Part shown: piece by piece, positions 7,201 through 14,910 of the stretch
Layout of the letters: the number at the start of each line of letters is the position of its first letter
Position numbering within the stretch: position 1 is the first letter of the stretch
Source of the DNA: a virus
Taxonomy: Duplodnaviria; Caudoviricetes
Strand: one strand, 5' to 3'
Length of the DNA stretch: 26,565 nt
IMG/VR virus record: IMGVR_UViG_3300049009_000656
Location: 1 to 26,565 of that record
Notes under the pieces: model-generated
The model's database searches: none
Seen by the model: the letters and a program-made list of their open reading frames with translations, nothing else
Told to the model about the DNA's origin: nothing
Translations under genes and position numbers: made by a program

Positions 7201-9993
7201 TGGGGCTTGACTGCCCCCATCTCCTCCAGTGATCTGTCGATCTGACGCTGAAGGTACTGATACGCTTTGACCTGCGGCAAGGTTAATGCTTCCATTCTGA
7301 ACTCCTTTGTTGTACGCAACAAGAGCGTCGCGGGCTATTGCCTTAGCCTTGTTTAAATCACGCAAATAGGTATCGACTTTGGCGGATTCTTTTCTGCCTT
7401 GAGTTGCCGTGCCTTTAAGCGTGCTGATCAAATTGTCAATGATGTTGATCCATTTGTCGACAAAACCTTTAAAGCCTTGTGGATCAGCAGCCGCCACGTC
7501 CCGCCAGAATTTCTTGTCCGTAGCCCGATTGCCTAAGAAGTCAGCAACCATTTCAGACCGAATGGTTTTGCCGACCATTGCTTCTTGCAGGCGTTGCCCC
7601 CGCGCAACAGGATCTGCAATTGCATCCAGCTCGTCTTTGATTAGAAACTTTTCAAGGTATGCGCGTTTACCCTGATCGGTCATCTCGTCAAAGATGCCGC
7701 TCATGCTGGCCACATATTGCTGGGCCGGCGTGTTGGTCAGACCTTGCTTGGTTTCCAACTTTGCAAGCTGTTCGACCGTGTGGTGAAATTCGTGTAAGCC
7801 TGTGCGCGCAATGTTGGTGTCAACGTTGGCCGTGTTGATGAATGCGGTGCCGCCAATGGCCACGCCGTTTATGGCGTTGGCTCGGTCGTCGTTATAAGAG
7901 TAAACCCTACCACCGAATTGGCTGTTCAGGGCTTGGGCAATTTCATTGACCGCGCTGTCCAGTGCTACCGGAGACGCATTAAAAACCGCTGGGCTTTCTA
8001 CACCGTTGGAAGTAGCCCACCGGTCGATAGCAACTTGTGCAGTTGCTCTCGCTCCAGCTGCGGCAGACTCTCCTCCCACTGGCGCAATTGCGGCACCAGA
8101 CACTTCCGGTTCTGGAAGGGTAAGGGTTTTGTCGGCAGTGATGCCTGCGTTTTGGTCGGGTGGTGCATTGGCCAATGGTACGCTAGGAGCGCTTGGAGGT
8201 CCAGCCATAGGCGCGATAGGAGCGCTTACAGGCATGGGGGCGGGGGTAGTACCAGCCGCCTCCGTTTGACGCGCTGTGAGCTCAATTGACGCGCCTCTGC
8301 GCGTGATTGCGGAGACGTTCTCATCAGCAGTGATGGTTTCAAGCTGGCCGTCAGACAGTTGCGAAACCGCAACACCTTGGATCTTTTGTGGGCGCGGCGC
8401 AGTCAACGCGCCCAGCTCCGGGGTTTGGCCAGTGACGCGCGCCAACAGGTCTGCGTCAGAAGTGCGCTCAGCCAGACGTGGCAACGTTGGCAGCATCGGC
8501 GCTTCGGCCAAAGGCGGCGCGGTGCCAAGCGCGGCGTTGGCGTCAAACGTTGGCTCAACCCGACCCAGAGGGTCCACGGCCGTCAACGGCGGCGGCTCAC
8601 TTGCGACGGGCAAAATCGGTGCCGGGGTAATTGACAACGATCCGGCCAACTCATTTGCTGACGTAACCGCGTCGTCAACCGAGGTTGACTGCAAAACGCG
8701 TGAGGGGTCCGATGTCTCCATCGGGGTGATCAGCTGAGCGTCGTAAGTCTGGGGGTCCAGCAAAGTGCGGGCAGTTTGGTCAATGCCGGTAAATTCCGTG
8801 CCGGCAACGTTTGCGTTTATTGCGTCGGCAATTAAACGCTCGGGACTTTTCTGGGTAGCGGCTCCGTAGCCTCCGCCGGCTAAACCCATTGCAAAACCAG
8901 TGGTCAAACCTTGAGCCGCAGCTTCTTCAACACCTTCCATTAAAGGCCGGTCAGTTGCGTAGTTGCTCCACACTTTTTCTTGAGCGGACTGAGGCATCTC
9001 TTCAAGAAAGCCCTCAGATAGGCCTGAACCAAGAGCGCGTTTTGTAAAGTCACCGACTGATTTCACCGAGCCGCCGCGTGACGAACCGGCCACAAGCATG
9101 GTCTCTATGTCGTCAAAACCGAGCTTGTTAGCAACGCGTCCGCCGGCTGCGCCAAGCAAAGCTGTGCCTACGCCACTGCCTACCGCAGCGGCTGATTGTT
9201 TGCCGGTCAGCAGTTTGTCTTTGGTAGTTGCCCGGATTTGTTCAGCGGCTGAGCCTGCGCCAAGAACGCCTTCGCCAATAGCGCCAGCTAAATACGGGGC
9301 CACTTTAGGTGCCGCTGCTACCAGCCCCCGGCCAACGGCCGCTCCGCCCAGCATCTGGGGTACTGATTCGCCAATCGCTGTAGCAATCGTGCTTGGGTTT
9401 TCCAAAGATGCTTGAATCGTTGGCAAAAATCCCTTGGTGTCGCTCACCCTGCGGTTAGCGGCTTGTTGAGCTTCAGACAAATATGAGTCAAGGATCTGCT
9501 TGGCTTCGGCTGGTTTGTAGCCAATGCTTTCTAGCGTCTTACCAACTCTTCCTAAAGTGGGGATGTCGGCTAAGCCAACAAAAGATTCAGGCAACCCGAT
9601 CACGCCTTTAAGCGCGGTAATTCCCGCGTCAAGAGCTGAGCCTGACAAAGTGCGTTCGGGAGTTTCCAGTTTGCGTTTTGCAACAGCTGATCGGTACTCG
9701 TCAGCCGTCATGACATTCTCAGCGCGGTTAATCAACCGTGGATCCGCCGCACCCATCGGCGTAGCACTACGCCCTTCTGACGAAGCAATCACAGGCGCAG
9801 GCGTGGGAGGCTCCACCACTGGCGCAGCTTTTGGCGTGTCAACTCTGCTCGTCAGGTGACCCAGAATTTCGTCATCGGTAACGCCGTCCTTGCGGGCAGC
9901 GGCAATGTCAAAGTTGGATTTGCTGGCAAGGTAGTCAGCAATCTCGGCCGGGCTATATCCGTCCTTTAAAGCACCTTTAACGTCAAATGCCAT
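4210..9993 (-). CDS. Giant polyvalent virion/ejection protein 1 (1927 aa): Gly/Ala-rich N-terminal ejection region + HExxH metallopeptidase + ART-like + SAM-lyase-like + HhH-glycosylase-like domains
   Basis: Long ORF with a duplicated N-terminal motif (FDVKGALKDGYSPAEIADYL / FDIAAARKDGVTDDEILGHL). Motifs: HEFHH..EMVADF; RHYS..VYFY..GFDGYI; GGY..PS..VARL..QDSMLV; WY..SQ..N..GPKIG..FY.NL..TMDMW..LQALIW. Lies after the internal virion protein genes. Confidence 0.9.
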   Translation of the reverse strand: MAFDVKGALKDGYSPAEIADYLASKSNFDIAAARKDGVTDDEILGHLTSRVDTPKAAPVVEPPTPAPVIASSEGRSATPMGAADPRLINRAENVMTADEYRSAVAKRKLETPERTLSGSALDAGITALKGVIGLPESFVGLADIPTLGRVGKTLESIGYKPAEAKQILDSYLSEAQQAANRRVSDTKGFLPTIQASLENPSTIATAIGESVPQMLGGAAVGRGLVAAAPKVAPYLAGAIGEGVLGAGSAAEQIRATTKDKLLTGKQSAAAVGSGVGTALLGAAGGRVANKLGFDDIETMLVAGSSRGGSVKSVGDFTKRALGSGLSEGFLEEMPQSAQEKVWSNYATDRPLMEGVEEAAAQGLTTGFAMGLAGGGYGAATQKSPERLIADAINANVAGTEFTGIDQTARTLLDPQTYDAQLITPMETSDPSRVLQSTSVDDAVTSANELAGSLSITPAPILPVASEPPPLTAVDPLGRVEPTFDANAALGTAPPLAEAPMLPTLPRLAERTSDADLLARVTGQTPELGALTAPRPQKIQGVAVSQLSDGQLETITADENVSAITRRGASIELTARQTEAAGTTPAPMPVSAPIAPMAGPPSAPSVPLANAPPDQNAGITADKTLTLPEPEVSGAAIAPVGGESAAAGARATAQVAIDRWATSNGVESPAVFNASPVALDSAVNEIAQALNSQFGGRVYSYNDDRANAINGVAIGGTAFINTANVDTNIARTGLHEFHHTVEQLAKLETKQGLTNTPAQQYVASMSGIFDEMTDQGKRAYLEKFLIKDELDAIADPVARGQRLQEAMVGKTIRSEMVADFLGNRATDKKFWRDVAAADPQGFKGFVDKWINIIDNLISTLKGTATQGRKESAKVDTYLRDLNKAKAIARDALVAYNKGVQNGSINLAAGQSVSVPSASDRQITGGDGGSQAPEYGTAREGAISVIGRHYSTEARTSLNGAYYGTGLKGAERDRLDGSPDPRLKNRVYFYVDQGAGVRPESGVGGIAHEVRLNNIYDPKTQKLPVKGNFNAFESAVINGGFDGYIAPFGNNQAAVVLLGPRHSAVPVVSLGRVAGAPAPAPAEPTKLKQAFLSKELAAIDVSRVPGSRIAFGNLEIPTTSRDAANAEMERIGSDVRFSKPQKVAPARVMFEVAPDPNNAELKARWDAVPFERKIEISQRVAEKIMPQVFKLAGVRAKMTTQLGGYLEDTSPSFAAIVPSTASAQQLMDVARLGGFGLAQDSMLVLDSKPFEGSFPTGLITITLPENMADEKSVHAIYQELRKVSPENISGHTTVGQEMVLAVPSDSMVDLASKITGVLAARSEPFAIDSKEGHMAFPAKEEYDYDNQTGNQSPELSAKRAEARRIREEASAAIEAELAKDESTGGRKIDTGVYRSVADAFGLSQAEYNASALPMMLGGVKDKIFRAPNIGGIPETIQWLDQRYRDAGMPTLDINKAEDRATLAKLLAAEAVGAIRSAGNAVEWYDETIDKTLRTMAVKYPELNTDPDARNAFLIAVAIASQTMNVEANLTFASSQYEGFRTTGKFPEIGKGKSEPAMIKNFALANRVMADMGPTLLRRFLQTEFTKRELETVGFPIGAESMDEKMLGSAIFGPKIGFGFYSNLTGNFEPITMDMWFMRTIGRLSGTLLAFDPVLFPKQVAKLRAALAETGDSNRGVYAANFDSADVAAAQETDAGAVALARKILSLHNRQFIKERAAFDSGARIKTALVGASNGIVKSSDKPTDSPSSGGERQRLRDVTRQMVALVEQQTGKRVPPAALQALIWYPEQELYKKLGVDLSVTSQDYAGAAQLLLKKEGFDEKRISAAAKSGPRQARQVAGKQDAGTVGQTGQPTGRTGPIQGEERETFIAARVPLKDLFAGLEKRGLAKINTEAMIARRSDAAQIQYMQDNFLDILDELDTAGLVEINCK
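4356..4544 (-). CDS. Putative overprinted (+1 frame) 62-aa protein nested after the HhH-like domain
   Basis: ATG 4544 with weak SD AGAAGG. Contains helical-looking DKWLESRTPEQLDRLASRLGALARS; the host frame is a G/Q/R/A-rich linker. Confidence 0.4.
   Translation of the reverse strand: MKNESAQQPNLDQDKHDKWLESRTPEQLDRLASRLGALARSKEKSGKLSSQPEFPSKTSSPD
5835..5969 (-). CDS. Putative overprinted (+1 frame) 44-aa basic peptide nested after the SAM-lyase-like domain
   Basis: GAGGAG (5982-5977) is 7 nt before ATG 5969; MITRQGTNLPSFLQNGQKLVASAKKPVPPSKPNSPKMKVPAGAK. Confidence 0.4.
   Translation of the reverse strand: MITRQGTNLPSFLQNGQKLVASAKKPVPPSKPNSPKMKVPAGAK
7125..7295 (-). CDS. Putative overprinted (+1 frame) 56-aa protein nested between the metallopeptidase and ART-like domains
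   Basis: AAGGAG (7307-7302) is 6 nt before ATG 7295; amphipathic MEALTLPQVKAYQYLQRQIDRSLEEMG. Confidence 0.5.
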   Translation of the reverse strand: MEALTLPQVKAYQYLQRQIDRSLEEMGAVKPQSTEPPAKVPSPLSAGTTQPKPALR

Positions 9994-10001
9994 GGGGGTC
10001 C

Positions 10002-10808
10002 TTAGTCTGCTTTTGCGTCGCGTTCGTATTTGGACAAGTCTCGGGTGGCGTTAGGCACAACGATCTGGCCGCGCAAACGCTCTTCAGCTTGTTTGCGTTT
10101 GTCAGCTTCCGACAACTTGCCAAATTTGAATGAGTCATCTTTGGCCATCTTGGTAACCAAGTTGGAAATCTGTTTGTTGTAGTCGCTTGACTTGATGCCC
10201 AAGTCTTTGATTGCGCCGTCACTCATTACGGCCATGACGTTGCCGTTTTCGCCCGTAATCGTTTTCTGCACACGCGCGGCCTTTCCACCCGCCCCGCCTG
10301 TTGGCCGATCCTTAATAGACTCTGCACGGATCTCGGCTGCTCTGATATTAGCCGCGCCTTTGGCTTTTGCCAGCTCCGTTTCGCCGGCTATGAAACTTTT
10401 GTCTCCGGCAAGCGTAGTTGTCTCTTTGATTTTGGCCGCAACAGCATCTACTGCCTTGGTCTCTTCCAAAGGTTTTTTAGCGGTGTACTCGGCGGCCTCG
10501 GCTCCGGCTGCAAGAGGGGCCAACGTTGTGCGGTTTGCAATAGCGCCTGTGGCTTTTGTCAAATCAGTAGCAGCAGCTCTTGCAAGGTACTCAGGGCTCT
10601 GGACGCGGGCTTCTTCAGTGATGCGATCTGAAACGTCGCGCCCGCGCTTGATCTCGTCTTCGCGCAAACGCTTGTCAGACTCGGCTTCCAAAAGCTGCTT
10701 GCGTAGATCCAGCTCGCTTTGCTTTTTCATTTCCATCTGGGCACCTTCGCCGTAGGCCTTAGCGGTCCCACCCAAAACGCCCGAGATCAATCCTGCAAAA
10801 CTAGGCAT
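10002..10808 (-). CDS. Probable internal virion/ejection protein (268 aa)
   Basis: N-terminal Gly-rich hydrophobic helix followed by a charged coiled-coil; closely spaced within the ejection block. Confidence 0.65.
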   Translation of the reverse strand: MPSFAGLISGVLGGTAKAYGEGAQMEMKKQSELDLRKQLLEAESDKRLREDEIKRGRDVSDRITEEARVQSPEYLARAAATDLTKATGAIANRTTLAPLAAGAEAAEYTAKKPLEETKAVDAVAAKIKETTTLAGDKSFIAGETELAKAKGAANIRAAEIRAESIKDRPTGGAGGKAARVQKTITGENGNVMAVMSDGAIKDLGIKSSDYNKQISNLVTKMAKDDSFKFGKLSEADKRKQAEERLRGQIVVPNATRDLSKYERDAKAD

Positions 10809-10809
10809 A

Positions 10810-11298
10810 TCAGGCCCCCATCTCAGGAATGTTTTCGTTGCTGTACTGGTTTAACATCGCTGCCATCTTCTCCGGCGCAACACCAAACTTACCAAGGATT
10901 GTGGTAATCATAATTTCAATGCCGTCACCGATGTCGGCATTGGTTGGTTTTTCCAGCCCGCTGTTGCGCAGAAAATCAACGGCTTCCATTAACAGCTGAA
11001 CACCAGCTGGGATAATTACGTTTGGGGGCATGCTGCCGTTTGACTCTTTGAAAAGCATCAGCATCAAACCAGCGATACCTTTTCCAAGGCGTTCGGCTAT
11101 AGGCCCCGGGCGCTGAATCTCTTGCAGCATAGCCCGGTGGCTTTCTTTGGAAAACATCACTTTCATGCCAGCAATGACCACGCGCTCATAAGCCTCTTGC
11201 AGCTCGGGCGGCATTTTGATGTTTTCAGTGACCGCTTTGGTCGTTAGGTTGTCGCCTTGAGGACGACCCATTTTGTCTTGAATAATTCCTGTTGCCAT
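10810..11298 (-). CDS. Hypothetical phage protein (162 aa), probable virion component
   Basis: Start re-called at ATG 11298 (MATGIIQDK), with AAGGAG at 11310-11305; helical protein in the operon. Confidence 0.75.
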   Translation of the reverse strand: MATGIIQDKMGRPQGDNLTTKAVTENIKMPPELQEAYERVVIAGMKVMFSKESHRAMLQEIQRPGPIAERLGKGIAGLMLMLFKESNGSMPPNVIIPAGVQLLMEAVDFLRNSGLEKPTNADIGDGIEIMITTILGKFGVAPEKMAAMLNQYSNENIPEMGA

Positions 11299-11308
11299 GG
11301 TGTTCTCC

Positions 11309-12418
11309 TTATCCTTGACGAGGTTGCATAGCACCGGCTACAAGACCGGGCGGCTGCTGGTAGGGCTGGGCAACAGCCGCATTGGGATTTACTTTAAAGC
11401 CAGCGTCGACGTTAGTGTAGCCAGAGTTCAAATTAGCACGGCGCATTTTCTCTCGGTCCAAAGCCGTTTGAACTTCCAAAGCCTTTGCGTTGGCGTAGCC
11501 TGTGTTGGCTTTCAGCGCGTCAAGCTCAGCATCGGTCTTGCCGCTTAGCCAGTCAGCCACACCGCCGATGGCTTGAGCTGCAACATAAGCACCGGTTGGA
11601 TTATTCTTCAACATGTCCATGGCGTTGCCGCCGGCGGTGCTCAGGGCTTTACCGTAGTTGCCAGCTTTCAGCTGATCAAAAACACCGGGGGCTGCTGGAG
11701 GAGTCAGAGACATGTTGGGCCCCATGCCGGGGGCGTAAGACATCTGTGGTGCGCCGCGAGGTGGCTGGCCCAGAATGTCCGTGCCGGGCTTGACACCAGC
11801 AATCTGGTTCATAGGGTTGGCACCAAGTGGGGCCGTGCTGGCGGTAAGCTCCGAACCCGGGGCTGTTGTCAGCGCATTGGGGTTGTTGACGGAAGCAGTA
11901 GCGGCGGTTGGGTTGTTGACGGAAGGGGCGTTGACGGCAAGAGGTTCAAGAGCCGTACCCTCTGCAAAACCTTGCGTTACCGGGCTGGTTTGAACGCCGT
12001 CAAGAACGGCGGTTTGGGAACCGGGAGTAACGGTAGGACTTCCGCTCTTCAGCAGCTCATCAGAGATAGAGCTCTTCATGCCAAGAGTTTCTTGGAGGTT
12101 GCCAGAGCTAAACAAACCTTGGCTCTCAGCAAAAGAACCTAGGCCGCCGGCGATGCCTGCAATAGCGCCTAGTTTCATCAGACTTTTGTTGCCGGAGATA
12201 TTGCCAATCAAGCTGACTGCCGCGCCGGCAAACGTAATGCCTTGCATCAGAGTCATAGCAGCAAAACCAACTTGGCCAACCTCAAACATCGTAAAGATCG
12301 AAATGGCTGCGCTGATTGGGTCTTTCTTTTCGCCAAAGGCTGGGCCGCCCGTGGGGTCACCAATCGGGTGGTCAATCGACATTGCCCGGGTCTGGGTCCG
12401 AGTTAAGTAAATTTTCAT
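11309..12418 (-). CDS. Probable internal virion/ejection protein (369 aa)
   Basis: ATGA overlap with the upstream gene; Gly/Ala-rich hydrophobic helices and a P/T/N-rich central linker. Confidence 0.7.
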   Translation of the reverse strand: MKIYLTRTQTRAMSIDHPIGDPTGGPAFGEKKDPISAAISIFTMFEVGQVGFAAMTLMQGITFAGAAVSLIGNISGNKSLMKLGAIAGIAGGLGSFAESQGLFSSGNLQETLGMKSSISDELLKSGSPTVTPGSQTAVLDGVQTSPVTQGFAEGTALEPLAVNAPSVNNPTAATASVNNPNALTTAPGSELTASTAPLGANPMNQIAGVKPGTDILGQPPRGAPQMSYAPGMGPNMSLTPPAAPGVFDQLKAGNYGKALSTAGGNAMDMLKNNPTGAYVAAQAIGGVADWLSGKTDAELDALKANTGYANAKALEVQTALDREKMRRANLNSGYTNVDAGFKVNPNAAVAQPYQQPPGLVAGAMQPRQG

Positions 12419-12804
12419 GATTTCCTTTCAAAGGGTAGGTCGCCAAGCAGGTAGTACTCAACATCCCCGTCTTTCCAAGTGGGCGTGAACCCGATTCGTT
12501 TTACAAACTCTTTTTGCTCCGGCCGCTCATGCCGTACGCGGGTGGTCAAAAAACCAAACTCATCAAACATCGGCTTAAGAAAAGCCCTAACCGCGCCACG
12601 CATGCTGGCCCTTGGTTGCCAGTCAGGGGCAAGCGCAATATGCACTTCAGTCCCTTTGACCACCATGGTCCAAATGTGTCGGCCTTCAAACTCAAACGGG
12701 AGAATCTCCCAGTCGGCAAAGTACTCAAGAATCGTGTAGCGCGATAGCGCGGTGCCCTTACGGACCGAGGAGATGATCGGTTCGAGAAGGGCCTCACGCG
12801 TCAT
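12415..12804 (-). CDS. GNAT-like (acetyltransferase-fold) phage protein
   Basis: EVHIA...FLTTRV...FVKRIGF pattern; ATGA overlaps on both sides; located among podoviral internal protein genes. Confidence 0.55.
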   Translation of the reverse strand: MTREALLEPIISSVRKGTALSRYTILEYFADWEILPFEFEGRHIWTMVVKGTEVHIALAPDWQPRASMRGAVRAFLKPMFDEFGFLTTRVRHERPEQKEFVKRIGFTPTWKDGDVEYYLLGDLPFERKS

Positions 12805-14318
12805 GTAAAGTCAAGCAAAGTTTTAAGACCGGTAATGCCAGAAGTTGCGCTAAGGATTGCAAGCGAATTCTGCAAATACTGTTTCTGCATGTTGACCGCT
12901 GCTTGCTTTGGCGTAACTGGGGGAGTACCCACCGCATCTTTAGGGTCTCCGCTAAGGTCAGGGTTGGCCATGATGTCAGAAATGTTCTTGGACACTTGCT
13001 GGAAAACCTCGTTGGCGCTAGCCGATGCCTGCATCTGGTTTTTGTAGGTAGCCTCTGTAGCTGCCAAAGATTGGCGAGTCGTTGAATCAATGTTTTGCAA
13101 TTCAATTTTTGTTTGCGCATCAGCATTGGTCAGCGCGTACTTCATCGACTGATCCAGCATGGCCTGAACCGTGGTGTTCAGTGCGGTGGCGTATTGCTTA
13201 GACACATCGGTCTGGTTGGCAGCAGTGAATTGAGCAGCTTGATTTTGATTAGCAGCATTCTGAGCAGCAGCTTGGTTTGTTGCGCCAGCTGTAAACTGCG
13301 CCGCTTGGTTAGCCGCAGCGGCGTTGGCCAATGATGCTTGGCTGGCCGTGTTTGCGCTAAACTGCATGGCCTGATTTGTGGCGGCTTGATTCTGAGCGGC
13401 AGCTTGATTGGACGCAGTAGACGTAAATCCAAGAGCTTGGTTCTTCGCAGCTTGATTGGCCGCTGCCGCTTGGTTGGCCGCTGATGCAGTAAAGCCAAGC
13501 GCCTGATTCTCAGCAGCCAGATTTTCTGAGCCGGCTTGATTTGCTGCATTGGCAGTAAATCCAAGGGCTTGGTTTTTAGCAGCCAAGTTTTCTGAACCGG
13601 CTTGGTTTTTGGCAGAAGCGGTAAAGCCAAGGGCTTGATTCTGAGCAGCCAAGTTTTCTGAGCCGGCTTGGTTTTGTGCGTTGGCGCTAAAGCTAAGAGC
13701 TTGATTGGTTTGGCCAGCATTGAATTGCGCCAACTGATTTGCTGCATTGGCGTTGACCTGCGCAGCGTTGGTATATGTTGTGGCGTCTTGTGCGGCAATC
13801 GGAAGCGCCGCAGAGTAAACCGCTTTTTGACCTTCGCCCAAAGCCATGCTGGAATTGACCAGACCTCGTGAATTCATTTGGGCCAAAGAGTTGGCGCGGG
13901 CTTGCTGAAGCAAAGGAGAGTTGGCAGCAATAAGACCACCAATTTGCCCCTGAACCGTTTGCTTGTCGTCGACAACATAGTTGGTGCCGAGGGCCGTAGC
14001 CGCGTCGTAACCGGCTCCCGTACGTGAGCCGGCGTTGTAACCCTCGGATACGCGCGAAGCCGCGTCATAGCCCCCGCCTGTGCGCGATCCCGCGTCATAC
14101 CCTTGGCCAGTCATGTCGCTGGCGGTGTAACCTTGACCAGTCATGGTGCTGCCCGTGTACCCAAAAGGGTTGGCGTCGGCAGCTTTGAAACCAGTTGCCC
14201 CGGCTGTCGCGGCGTTGTAACCGGTGGCTTGGGGGGCGGCCATCCCGGTCATGGCTGCGCCAAGCAGGTCCTTGCCTGTCGTCTTGTTTACATCGAACGG
14301 GTTGTTTGCTGTTGCCAT
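12801..14318 (-). CDS. Repeat-rich (A/N/Q) probable internal virion/ejection protein (505 aa)
   Basis: GGAG SD before ATG 14318; 10-aa GYxA repeats and 21-aa NQALGFTA repeats; ARANSLAQMNSRGLVNSSMA motif. Confidence 0.75.
   Translation of the reverse strand: MATANNPFDVNKTTGKDLLGAAMTGMAAPQATGYNAATAGATGFKAADANPFGYTGSTMTGQGYTASDMTGQGYDAGSRTGGGYDAASRVSEGYNAGSRTGAGYDAATALGTNYVVDDKQTVQGQIGGLIAANSPLLQQARANSLAQMNSRGLVNSSMALGEGQKAVYSAALPIAAQDATTYTNAAQVNANAANQLAQFNAGQTNQALSFSANAQNQAGSENLAAQNQALGFTASAKNQAGSENLAAKNQALGFTANAANQAGSENLAAENQALGFTASAANQAAAANQAAKNQALGFTSTASNQAAAQNQAATNQAMQFSANTASQASLANAAAANQAAQFTAGATNQAAAQNAANQNQAAQFTAANQTDVSKQYATALNTTVQAMLDQSMKYALTNADAQTKIELQNIDSTTRQSLAATEATYKNQMQASASANEVFQQVSKNISDIMANPDLSGDPKDAVGTPPVTPKQAAVNMQKQYLQNSLAILSATSGITGLKTLLDFT
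13430..13710 (-). repeat. 63-bp (21-aa) coding tandem repeats NQALGFTAxAxNQAGSENLAA
   Basis: At least three near-identical units plus degenerate flanking units, visible in DNA and protein. Confidence 0.85.
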
Positions 14319-14334
14319 ATTTGCTCCACAAATG

Positions 14335-14359
14335 AAAAAGCCGCTCTAAGCGGCCTTTT
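14335..14359 (-). terminator. Intrinsic terminator-like hairpin
   Basis: Minus strand GGCCGC-TTAGA-GCGGCT then TTTT; A-run on the other side, so possibly bidirectional. Confidence 0.7.
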
Positions 14360-14382
14360 GCGGGCGCACGGCCCCCGCAAAG

Positions 14383-14410
14383 ATTTTACTTTAATAACCG
14401 GAGTAGTCAA
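14383..14410 (-). promoter_or_regulatory. Sigma70-like promoter
   Basis: TTGACT (14410-14405), 16-nt spacer, TAAAAT (14388-14383). Confidence 0.55.
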
Positions 14411-14910
14411 GATAAAAACAACGCCCTTTCGGCTACGCGGCGTTTGACAAGACCGGGCAATTCTTTACCCCCTCCTTTGGTCCAAGCCATGAAAGCCTCT
14501 GCTGCGCCTTCCCAGTCGCCTCGGTTGGCCTTCATTCTGATCGTGCTGCGCTGAAGGTTACCTAACCCAAAATTGAAGGATATAGATACCAAAGCGTCAA
14601 AGCGACCTTGATGCCCAACACAGCCGGGAACAAGTCGTAAAACACCACGTTCAAAATTCTGTACGTCATCTGCGAATAACGAATTGATTTCTTCTTTTGT
14701 CCAAACACGGTTGTCCTCCAATTGCAGAGGTTGCTCACTGCGGATCATCCCAGCGTAACCCTCTTTGCGCACCATGGGCAAATTGATCTGGCCTTGGTAC
14801 AGCACATGACCGTACCCAATTGTCCAGATGTTGGCTGGACACAGGTAGGGTTTACTCCTGCATCCTTCAAAGCGGTGCATCAAATCAGCACCTGCTTTGC
14901 TCAATTTCAC
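14407..14910 (-). CDS. Endolysin, GH24 phage lysozyme
   Basis: FEG..YLCPANIWTIGYGH (E-x8-C-x5-T), FDALVSISFNFG, GLVKRRVAERALF; GTGA overlap with the upstream gene. Confidence 0.93.
   Translation of the reverse strand: MKLSKAGADLMHRFEGCRSKPYLCPANIWTIGYGHVLYQGQINLPMVRKEGYAGMIRSEQPLQLEDNRVWTKEEINSLFADDVQNFERGVLRLVPGCVGHQGRFDALVSISFNFGLGNLQRSTIRMKANRGDWEGAAEAFMAWTKGGGKELPGLVKRRVAERALFLS

Noticed and set aside
10810-11334. ORF-track start at 11334
   Set aside because: It overlaps the upstream gene; the AAGGAG SD supports ATG 11298
13178-13798. 206-aa alternative-frame ORF in the repeat protein
   Set aside because: Its openness is explained by tandem repeats lacking stops; no SD
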